Below, piece after piece: positions 26,501 through 37,400 of a stretch of DNA of 64,000 bases. The number at the start of each line of letters is the position of its first letter. Positions within the stretch are counted from its first letter, which is position 1. The notes below the pieces were generated by a model. The model did no database searches. It saw only the letters and a program-made list of their open reading frames with translations, and had not been told where the DNA came from. Position numbers and translations under genes: made by a program. Source of the stretch: Bilabrum cf. latius (Eukaryota); NCBI GenBank assembly GCA_965178125.1, contig OZ237760.1, positions 558,001-622,000 on the forward strand, given 5' to 3'.

Positions 26501-29500
26501 CAGTGTCTCGAGCGTGCCAGGTGACAGGCGCGTGCGCACGGGCTTCACTGCAGCCACAGTCCCGAAGGATGTGAAGCTGCTTGACGACGACACCACTGCT
26601 GTGGTTGCCAACGACAGCATCCACCTGCCAGAGCTCCCACTCGACCCTGTCACCGGCATCTCGCTTGCTGTGCCGCCCTCTGCCGGGGCCCGCGCGCCGC
26701 TTCTTTGGGGCGTGGGTGCCGCGTGCATCGGCAAGGGTCTTGTTGCCGGACCCCCGCCTGCGCAGCAGGCTGGTGATGGAGTCGAAGATGCCGCGGCGCA
26801 CTCCGCAGCGACGGATCGCGCGCGTTCTGCGTCTGGCTTTGACACGTACGTGTTCAAGGCAGGACCGGCGCCCCTTGCCGTTGGTCTCGTGACCCCCAAC
26901 CCAGACGCGAAGGCAGATTCGTCCCAACCGCCGTTCCTGCCTGTGGTCGTCTGGCGGGACCACGTCGTTCAGGTGCATCGACCTCCGGTTGGCACTGGTG
27001 CCGTGGCAGCCTCAAGCGGCGGCGAGGGTCTCTCGATGCCGCCCATGGTGCGCAGAGAGAGCACATCTGGAGCGGCCGAGCACAAGGTGGCGACCGCGGC
27101 ACTGCCCCTGGGCCACGGTCTCAAGACCAACAGCATCGTGCGCGTGGTCGTGGACCCGACGTCCCGCCAGGTGCGCATCTCGGCCGACGGCGCCGGTAAG
27201 CCCGTGGTGGCTGTCAGCCAGTCGAAGCCGAGCGACGGCACCAAGGCTTCCATCATCGATGCCGGCCACTGGCTGTTCGACAAGGCTGGCGACGTTCAGT
27301 GCGAGCTGATTCCCGCTGTTTGGCTGCCGTCGAGTATGGATTCTGTGTTCATCCGGGGCTCCAAGAGCACTACAACCGCGCCTGGAGTGTCTGACAGCGC
27401 GGTATCCGGGGGGGACAGCTCCGCTGGCAACCGGTTCTTGCCTAGCACCTCTGTCGCTGGCAAGGTGCTCAAGCCGCTGCGGGACCTGCCCTGGTTCGAC
27501 GAGTTGTGCCAGCTGAGCGAGCTGGCCCGCGAGATGGGCGAGGGGGAGGCACCGCACGCCGTGCTGCGCGGCATGCTGCCTGCTTACGCAGCCTCTAGCA
27601 TGTCGGTGCTGGTGGAATCCAAGCACCCTGTATCGTCGGGCAGTGCAGTCTGGCAGCGTGACGTGAACGTCCCCGGGGCCTCTGCGCTCCGCGTGATCTT
27701 CGACCGCGAGACGAAGCTGGCGGACGGTGAGATGCTGCAGGTCAAGCGATCCGACCTGGGGGCGGCCGCTGCCCCGCTCGGCATGTCTACGGGCGCTGCT
27801 CTGCCCGGCTCCCAGCTGAAGCGTGATGTTGCAGAGTTCAAGGGCGGCAAGTCCGTACCTGCGCAGTACGTGAGCACGCGCAGCCTAGAGCAGGAGATGC
27901 TCAACTTGACTCCTGGTGAGATCACCTCGTCGATCGTCAAGTCCGTGGGCGGTCAGTTCGACCTGGCCCGCCGAGGCACGGGCGCCTCTGCGAGCCGACC
28001 CGAGCTGAAAGTCGGCAGCGAGGTGGTCCGCGATGAGCTGGGGTGGTGCAAGGGCAACGAGGACGGAGGCCCGGGCTCCAAGGGCAAGGTGCAAGAAAAG
28101 ACCTCGAGCGGCAAGTGGAAGGTCCGGTGGAGCAACGGCACAGTGGCCAAGTACGCCTACCCGGATGCCTCGGGCGAATATCCCATCCGCCTTGCCTCGG
28201 CTCCCAAGTCTGGCTCGGCCACTCTGATCTCAGCGGTCAGCAAGGGACTGCTCGTGCGCGGAGACCGCGCTCGCCTCCGTGCCATCTTCGGGCATGCGAC
28301 TCCTGCCGACCTGCAAAAGATGCGGGCTGCCGATGCCGCGGAGAGCGGGGAGGGCCCCGCTGCGGGTGCTGCCGATGGAGGGGCTGCGTCCGCTGGCGCC
28401 GCTGATGCCGAGGCCGGCTCATCGGTCAGCGCGCCGGCAGGACCGCCCACCGTGTCTGATATCCTCGAGTCGGAGGCATACCTAACGTGGCCACCGGAGG
28501 CGGGCAAACCGTTTTCGTTCGTGTACTTCCGGAGTCGGCCCAAGGCTGACGCCAAGGCCGGTGCAGCCGCTGCCGCTGTCAGCTCCGAGGCCGGCTGGAG
28601 CGAGTGGTCCCTGGCAGGTGCCGTCAAGGGCACTCAGGCCGAGATGGTGGATTTGAAGCCCTCCAGCGAGTACGAGGTGAAGGTGGCCGCGGGCACCGGT
28701 AAGAACGCGAGCGACGCCCCCGCTTCCGAAGCCGCCGATCCCGTCTCGTTCACCACGCCACCGGCTCTGCTATGCGGCCAGATCCACTTGGAGGGCGACA
28801 AGACCAAGCGGGTGGCGGAGAAGGGTACTGGCTTTGAGGTGCGCGGGCTGCCTGCCAGCACGACCAGGCTGGTGCACGCCGTCCTGGGCGTGCGGCAAGG
28901 CAAGGCCACCTGGCAGTTCGAGGTGAAATAGGTTGGTTCGGGCGATGACGCCAAGCTCGCCTTTGGGGCTATCACGGTTCCTCGCGGGGCCAGCAGGAGC
29001 AGGGGCTCCTCCTCGTCTACTACAGCCGTGTTTTCGGGGCTGCAGACCGACGGGCAGATGCGCAATGGGTCCACAGTGCGCGCTGCCGATGGCGAGATCG
29101 CCATTGCCCCCGGCTCGGTGATCGAGGTGCAGGCAGATGCAGAGGCCAGAACTATCGCCGTGTCGGTGGACGGCAAGTCAGCCGGCAAGATTGAAGGCGT
29201 GGTTGCAGGCACCATGCACCCAGCCGTCAAGATCGAGGGTGGCGTGAGCGGCATGCGTTCCGCCGCGCTGACTAGCTTCACTGCTGGCGAGCCCGAGGCC
29301 TTGGAGGCACCGCCCGCCGCCAGCGAGGCGTGCAGCGGTATCGAGGGCGTGCCTGCCTACCGCAGTCAGATCCTGCGCGCCATGGCTGTGAACGAGTCCA
29401 GGCTAGCCAAGGTGAACCCCAGGGGCATGCAGGTGGCCTTCGCGGCGCAGGTAGCGGGAGCCAAGCACGGGCGCAAGTCTGGTGAGGCGGCTTCTGGCGG

Positions 29501-31502
29501 CAGCGCATCTGCCGCCGCTGGTTCGGCTGCTGGTCCTGCCCGGCGGGTTGGAGGGTCGGGGTCATGGGGCGTGCGCGCCGCCATCCTGCCCGAATTCGAC
29601 GGCGACGTGCTAGCGCTCGCTCTTTCTGACACGTACGTCAACAGCCTGGAGCACAAGCGGGCTTTGGCCCGTGCGAATGTGCACGCCGTGTCTGCGGCCG
29701 CAGGGCGCTCGTTCGGGGCGTCTACCCGGGGCGGTCCCGCCTCTGGAGCGGGCGCTGATGACGACGGGCTCGCTGCACCTCCGATGCTTCGGAGGGTCAC
29801 CACCTCGGGCGGGGCCGGCGCAGCCGGGCGCTCCAGCAAGGACCGCGCGAAGCTCGGTGTGGAGGTGCTGCGGGACTGCTACGAGCGTCTCGTGGACTAC
29901 GTGGACGGCGGGTTCGAGGGCTCTCGCGCGGACGAGGAGCTCGTGGAGTACGTGAATGAGGCAGCTCGCGCGAAGGACTGGAAGACGTCCAAACTGCTCG
30001 GAGTGACGTGGGACGAGGTGGTGCAGGTGCACCCGGTGGCTAAGGACAAGGGCGAGGAGGCAAGCCTCAAGTCGTACCCGCACCTCAGGCGCCTGCCAGA
30101 GGCCGACAGGCGCGGCCGCCTGGCGGCGCGCTTCAAGCTGCTGCAGACACTCAACCGGATGGTTGCCAAGGCCCTCCCGTGGATCGATTTCAGCCGTTCC
30201 CTGGAGCCTGCCAGCCTCGCGTCTAGGATCTCCTCCATTGCACGGCTTGTCTTCGAGCCCGTGAAGCTGCCCCTGTTCTGGGCCGCAATGGAGAGGACCA
30301 AGAACTCCTCCGGCGGGGAGTCCAGCATCAACGTGGATCGTCTGCGGCCGACCGCCAGGCTGGGAGGGGGCCTCAAGGACACAGAGGGCAGGCACACGGT
30401 GTTCTCTCAGGTCTTCCGCAAGTTCCACTCCAAGCCTCCCAAGGAGCTGAGGAAGAGCGGCAAGTTCCTTGACGTGAGCTTCAAGGGCGAAGGCGCCATC
30501 GACGCGGGTGGCCCTTATAGGGAGCTTATCGGTGCCATCATGCCCGAGGACCTGATGAGCGACAGAATGGACCTGTTCTTGCCCGTGCCCAACGCGGCCG
30601 CGCACGTGGGGTCCAACTGGGACTTGATGCTGCCCAACCCGGGAGCGAGGTCCAAGACCTCCCTTGCCCTGTTCACCTTCGTGGGCAAGTTCTTCGGGCT
30701 GATCATGCGGCAGAAGATCTACATCCCCATGCGTCTCTCCTCGATTGTCTGGAAGGCCTTGTGCAACCAGGAGGCGGACGAGGCTGATCTGTGGGACGTG
30801 GATGAGCCCACCATGACCTTCGTGCAGAAGATCAGGCAGCTGGGTGCAGGGGACGGTAGCGCGGCCGCGGGAGGCGCGGCTGCCGGCGGCATGTCGGACG
30901 ACGTGTTCCGCCAAAAGTTCGAGCTGACGTACTCTACAAGCACGCTGGACGGGCGTCAGGTGGAGCTGAGGTCGGGCGGGAAGCGCCGGCCGGTGACGTT
31001 TGACGGCAGGCATGATTGGTGTGCTGCACGGGTCAGGCACAGGCTTAGGGAGGAGTTCGCGCCTCAGCTTGCAGCCATGCGCGCCGGGCTGGCCACCGTC
31101 ATCCCCTAGCGCGTGCTGAGTCTCTTCAGTTGGAGAGAGGTGGAGCGCCTCGTGTGCGGTGCCCGCACCGTGGACGTCAAGGTGCTCAAGGAGATGTGCG
31201 AGCTGAGCGGGTACTCCAAGACGGACAAGACGATCGAGCTGTTCTGGGAGGTCATGGAGGAGATGAGCCAGGAGGACAGGTGCAAGTTCATCCGGTTCGC
31301 GTGGGGCCGGTCGACGCTACCCATCAGCAAGAAGGACTGGGGTGACAAGTTCAAGATCTCCAAGTACAGTGGTAGCCCTGGCAGCCTCCCTCTGGCGCAC
31401 ACGTGCTTCTTCCAGATCGAGCTGCCGCCGTACGAGACGAAGAAAGACATGGAGGACAAGCTGCAGCTCGCTATCAACACTCTCAGCATGATGAACGGCT
31501 GA
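5559..31502 (+). CDS. Giant single-exon HECT E3 ubiquitin ligase, 8,647 aa (PHR, multiple SPRY-like, LamG-like, CUB-like, Kelch, MIB/HERC2, FN3, HECT)
   Basis: All long + ORFs from 5559 to 31502 share one frame, joined by 16 TAGs (6966, 7056, 7143, 8472, 9159, 11289, 12351, 14559, 15633, 15954, 20124, 23535, 23808, 25395, 28929, 31107) with no internal TAA or TGA. HECT motifs FKGEGAIDAGGPYRE and LPLAHTCFFQIELPPY (catalytic Cys). Ends TGA. Confidence 0.92.
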
Positions 31503-31881
31503 GCAATCGATTAGTTTACAGTGACATGACAGGAATATATCCACTTTTTCAGTTCTGTTCCGAGTAAGTTGCTGGGGGTCCAAGAACCCGAGTGGATACG
31601 AGCAGGCGGCATGCCGGATCCGATCCCAGTGGCACAAAGTTCCCGCACAGTCAGGTATTTTATTATCCGTCCGAAGTACGCGCCATTCCTACGCCTACCC
31701 TGCCAAAAGCTTGCTAAACCATATCCTAACTCAACCTATAAATCTAGCCCCTGCAGCTTCCAGTGCAAACATTTTCTTGGGGTGCCATCGGATCGTCTTC
31801 TATCACTACACAATACTTATTGTTTGAATTAGGGTATAATACCGGGTACGTTCAACTGGGGCAACGTTTGCTAAAAGCAGC

Positions 31882-32994
31882 ATGCGATCTTTACTTGGTC
31901 TAGCCCAAAACTAGTGGGTTGGGGCACTTGTGCAAGCAGCCATCGTCGCAGCTGCATCCAGTGCACCACCTGGAGAATCAGTCTTTATCAGCGGCGAAGG
32001 AGGCTATGCTTGCTACCGCATCCCTGCGCTGATAAGCTTGCCCGGGGGTGACGCGCTTGCTTTTGCAGAAGGCAGGAAGTTCTCGTGCGCAGACCACGAC
32101 TGGAACGACATCGTGATGCGGCGGTACAGCAAGAGCCAGAACAAGTGGGGCAACCTCATGGTGGTGTACGGCGAAAGCCACGGAAGCACGCACATTACGA
32201 TCGGAAACCCCGCCCCGGCTCTGGACCTTGATGGGTCGACTGTTCACCTCCTCATGTGCAGGAACAACAAGCAGGTTCTGTACATGTCATCTACAGACGG
32301 TGGGCAATCGTGGCCGTCAAGCGTAACTGACCTTTCTTCTCAGGTGGTTCCGTCTTCTTGGTCCTGGGTTGCCACGGGCCCCCCAGGCAGCTTGGTAACG
32401 TCGAATGGGACCATACTAGTGGCAGCCGATCATATCAGCAACCAAAACAAAGGATCCCACACATTTCACAGCGACGATGGAGGCGCCACCTGGAGGCTGG
32501 GGGGCCTCCTTGACCAGGGCAACGAGTGCCAGGCGGCCGAGCTGCAGAGCCCCGACGGCACGCGCTCCCTGCTGCTGGACATGCGGTCTGCGAACGACTC
32601 CCAGTTCACGCGCCTGCTGGGAAGCTCGAGCGATTTCGGCGCCAGCTGGAGCGTGCGGCAGGCTCGCGACATGCCGGACCCGCACTGCGAGGGATCTTTG
32701 GTCGCTGGGGCCAGCCGCGCCGGAGCCTTCACTCCGCTGTACGCGTGCAACGCCGCGAGCTCGAAGCACAGGGAGAACATGACGGTGTACCAGTCGCTGG
32801 ATGGGGGCCAGAGCTGGCATGTGCGCAGGAACGTGTTCAGCGGCATGAGCGCGTACAGCAGCCTGCAGGTGCTGCCGGCAGCAGCAGGGTCCGTGGGCGG
32901 TGGGCTCGGCGCATCCGACCGATTGGGTCTGCTTTGGGAGACGGCAGGCGATGGCGAGCCGTCGTATCACAGGATCAACTTCCTGGAGGTTTGA
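31882..32994 (+). CDS. Sialidase/neuraminidase (GH33, Asp-box repeats), copy 1, 370 aa, probable signal peptide
   Basis: ATG 31882 is in frame via TAG 31912. YRIP motif, AEGR, Asp-boxes SSTDGGQSW, SDDGGATW, SSDFGASW, SLDGGQSW, plus NECQ and SAYS. Ends TGA. Confidence 0.9.
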
Positions 32995-33178
32995 TGCGGT
33001 CACGGTGGCGCAATGAAGTTGCCCTTTACTCCGGATCTCACCAGTCAGTTCGTGGAGTAGGTGCGCTCACCACGATTATTTGTAGCAAATATTTGGTTGG
33101 GACAACTTAATTAGATTACTTCTTTCCATTACGCGTGCAGGTGACAGCACATACATAGCAGCAACAGAGTATTGCACG

Positions 33179-34285
33179 ATGCGAGCTGGGTCTGTTGTAC
33201 TTTTCTTCGCGTAGTCTCTTGCAGTCTCGAGCTATGCCGCAGCTGCATCCAGTGCACCACCTGGAGAATCAGTCTTTATCAGCGGCGAAGGAGGCTATGC
33301 TTGCTACCGCATCCCTGCGCTGATAAGCTTGCCCGGGGGTGACGCGCTTGCTTTTGCAGAGGGCAGGAAGTTCTCATGCGCAGACCATGACTGGAACGAC
33401 ATTGTGATGCGGCGGTACAGCAAGAGCCAGAACAAGTGGGGCAACCTCACGGTGGTGTACGGCGAAAGCCACGGAAGCACGCACATTACGATCGGAAACC
33501 CCGCCCCGGCTCTGGACCTTGATGGGTCGACTGTTCACCTCCTCATGTGCAGGAACAACAAGCAGGTTCTGTACATGTCATCTACAGACGGTGGGCAATC
33601 GTGGCCATCAAGCGTAACTGACCTTTCTTCTCAGGTGGTTCCGTCTTCCTGGTCCTGGGTTGCCACGGGCCCCCCCGGCAGCTTGGTGACGTCGAATGGG
33701 ACCATACTAGTGGCCGCCGATCATAATGTGGGCAAGGCACACGGATCCCACACATTTCGCAGCGACGATGGAGGCGCCACCTGGAGGCTGGGGGGCCTCC
33801 TTGACCAGGGCAACGAGTGCCAGGCGGCCGAGCTGCAGAGCCCCGACGGCACGCGCTCCCTGCTGCTGGACATGCGGTCTGCGAACGACTCCCAGTTCAC
33901 GCGCCTGCTGGGAAGCTCGAGCGATTTCGGCGCCAGCTGGAGCGTGCGGCAGGCTCGCGACATGCCGGACCCGCACTGCGAGGGATCCTTGGTCGCTGGG
34001 GCCAGCCGCGCCGGAGCCTTCACTCCGCTGTACGCGTGCAACGCCGCGAGCTCGAAGCACAGGGAGAACATGACGGTGTATCAGTCGCTGGATGGGGGCC
34101 AGAGCTGGCATGTGCGCAGGAACGTGTTCAGCGGCATGAGCGCGTACAGCAGCCTGCAGGTGCTGCCGGCAGCGGCAGGGTCCGTGGGCGGTGGGCTCGG
34201 CGCATCCGACCGTTTGGGTCTGCTTTGGGAGACGGCAGGCGATGGCGAGCCGTCGTATCACAGGATCAACTTCCTGGAAGTATGA
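33179..34285 (+). CDS. Sialidase/neuraminidase (GH33), copy 2, 368 aa, probable signal peptide
   Basis: ATG 33179 is in frame via TAG 33212. Near-identical to copy 1 from GCAGCTGCATCCAGTGCA to the stop. Ends TGA. Confidence 0.9.
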
Positions 34286-34445
34286 CTGATATCAGTACAT
34301 ACGAGTGCTCTGTGATCCTCTGTGACGCATGTAGAAGTAATAGCAAAGTGTTCCGTGCAGTGCATGGCACTGCTGCGCAACCAGCGCGGTTATCGCTGGA
34401 ACTATTCTGGGCCTAGTTTTACGTACAGGCTGTACCGAAGACATC

Positions 34446-37400
34446 ATGCACCTCTCATTCAGTCTCGGCATTCTTGCTTTCCATTTACTGACTAGAAGCA
34501 GTGACGCCGCATCTGAGGGGTCAGATTCGTTCTGCCCGTTTTTTAACAACCGATCACCGGCTCCACTCGCATCAGGAAATTGCTCCCGCTGGTATTCCGA
34601 CAACGCCTGCTGCAACACCAACGAAATGGACGTTTTCTTGCCGACAGGCTCGTCACCAGTAAGTGGTTATCTTTGCCTGTTGCCGTGCCGTTCCAGAGCC
34701 ATGCGCACCTTCACTCTGGATGGTGTAACAGCACCAGAAAACGTCGTGTGCGGTTGCATGTTATCGCCACATTATATTAATATGATCAGAATCGTGCATG
34801 TGATTGCTTGCATCGATCATGATTCCCTGCCAGGGTTGCTTGCTATCGCAGTTGAAGACGACAAGTAGTGACTGCCTTCGGGTTCTGAACTACATGTACT
34901 GCTGGCCATGCTCACCCGACAGCCAGTATTTCTACGATTTGAAACGGAGACAGATGGCTGTATGCAGATCGATGTGCGATGCCATCTACGATTTCTGCGG
35001 CAGCGCAGACTGGAAAGGCGCCACATTGCGAGACTCTTTCTCATCTGGGACGCAGATGTGCACCCAGCAAGGGTACCAGATCGTCGATGATACGACCAGT
35101 GGTGGCTCTGAAGACAGCAGTAGTGCTACTACTCCCGGGCAGGAGTTCGGCTGCTTCGGGATTAGGCCCGGCGACAGCGTGCTACCTCACAGACCAGACG
35201 GTCCCTCCTCGTCCAGCATCCCAGTAGCTACTTGCAAGCTATGGTCTACCCTGTCTATGGTCTCTGCTGCTGCTGGCTTGATTGCCGTGGGTGGCAGCAG
35301 GGGAGGCGGAGGCGCACAGGGAGCGTCTGTGTCGACCCCCGTCACGCTCGTCACACTCTCCACTCTCCTCGTCCTGCTGCGTGCCCCTACCATCTCGGCC
35401 GAGCAGCCTGTGCAGGCTGCCTACGAAACCAAGCAGATCGACGCGGCAGGCCTATCCACGGAAGGGAACGGGGGCCGGTAGCTCGCCAGCCGCACTTGCC
35501 CCTACATCGGCGGCGGGAGGCTTTCCGCCCCGAATTACCAGCTCAGCGGATGCACCCTGTTCCAAGAGAATGCGTGCTGCACCAATCCCGAGGTGGTGGC
35601 CATGACAGAGGCCCCTCCGCGCCTGCTGCAAGCTGGTCGGGACTGCGCAGCCGCATTCAGCTACCTGACATGCTCCCCCTGCTCCTCGCGACAGGCCGAC
35701 TTCTTCCTTGGGCACGAGGTCGAGCAGCAGCAGGTGCGCGTGTGCGAGGGATACTGCAACGTGATGTACCGCGCGTGCGAGAATGCCGTGGTGCCAGGGC
35801 CGCTGGCCGACACGGTAGCGCTGCGCTTCGGCAACGGCACCGCCTTGTGCGAGGCCTTGGGCTTCTCTCCTGTCGAGATTCACGACGAGCCCCCTACATC
35901 AGGCTACAACAACAACAACAACCTGGAAGCGCGCGCGAAACCCACTTGCTTTGGGGTGGAAGTGAACCATGCGGTGTTTTCAGGCAACGTGCCCGACGCT
36001 GACGGCGCGACCAGGCATGCCCGGGGGGTTGGTGCGGGCGTACAAGCCGCCGCACTTGCAGCGGGTGTGCTCGCTGCTACGATGCTGTTCTCATCAAGAG
36101 CGGACTCAAGCATTGGGGCGAACTCTGGCCAGAATAGTGCGACTCGGTGCGCTACTCGGGGCTCTGCTGTGTTCCTTCCGTTGGCCCTAGTGTTCGTGCT
36201 CGTATCCAGCTTCACGCAAGGGGCCAAGGCGGTCTTCACTGCTGGCCTTGCAAGCAGCCTGGCGTCAGCCATCGATAGCGGGCTTCAGGGCGTGGCAGAT
36301 GCTCAGCTGCGGAGAGACGAGCTGCAGGAAGTCTACGACTCGGCCAACTACACCACATAGCAAAGGGACGGCGAGCAGCTGGTGCAGTCGGTGCGGGACA
36401 GTCTCGCCACGTTCTTCAGGGGCAAGATCCAGCTTGCGGAGACACTCGCAACCAACGTTGCAGCCAAACTGCAAGCGACTGCGCAGAGCAACATGGCATC
36501 GCGTCCCTCTTTCTACGACACTGACACCGTGCTGGAGGTCCCCGGCGAGCGGTTCGATGCTCGCTACCAGCAGCACGTCAGCTTTGACCACTCCACGATC
36601 AAGATCCCCAACTTCGCGGACCGAAACCCCAACAGTCAAACAGCCACAAGTCCAAGTAGCGGAGCACTAGCTGCAGCCTGGGCCACCAACAGCATTGACG
36701 AGGAACTTCGTGGCCCGCAGCTGGCTGATTCGACCGTGCGCTGGGTGTACATGGGTCACCGGACCGGCACCTTCCGCTCGCTGCCTGGTCGTCGCAGGGC
36801 TAGAAACTACTTCGGGTTTACGGATGACTACAACCCGCTGACGCGCCCCTGGTACGTCGGGTCGTCTTCTTCGCAGAAAGACCTCGTGATATTGCTGGAC
36901 TGCTCCACCAGCATGCGAAGCCGCAGCGGTCCGGCGCTCGAGGCAGCCCGTGCAGTGATCGATTCCCTGACGCCTGAGGACAGGTTTAATGTCGTGTGCA
37001 TGAAGAGTTCTTACTATGCCGCCGGATGTGGCAGTTCGATCTGCGCCTCGCGATGGGTCAGCTATAGGTCCAGGAGGACCAGTCTGCTAGGCTGCGGCGG
37101 AGAGACCGTGCAGTTCGCGACGCCGGCCAACAAGAAGCAAGTTCTAGACAAGCTGACTCCAAGCATTTTTGATGGCAAGCAGAGCTGGGAGTCGGCCATT
37201 GAACTCACTCAGCGCCTGCTGAGAAGCAGCAGCCGGGCCTGCGACACTCTAGTAGTTCTCATCACGGATTCGGAAGACAGGGACACTAACAGTGTGCAGG
37301 CTTACTCGCACACGGACTGTAGAACCGTCACCAGCTGCTACACGAACATCGATGGCGAGGAAATCTGCACAGATCGCGAAGAGTGCACGGACTATTACGC

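Noticed and set aside
5559-31502. TAGs as intron 3' splice sites, or tiny introns removing the stops
   Set aside because: The sequence on both sides is coding and in frame, and conserved motifs (G*VP, V*IG, VIP*RVL) run straight through. The real introns here are about 100-190 nt with clear GTRAG-type donors.
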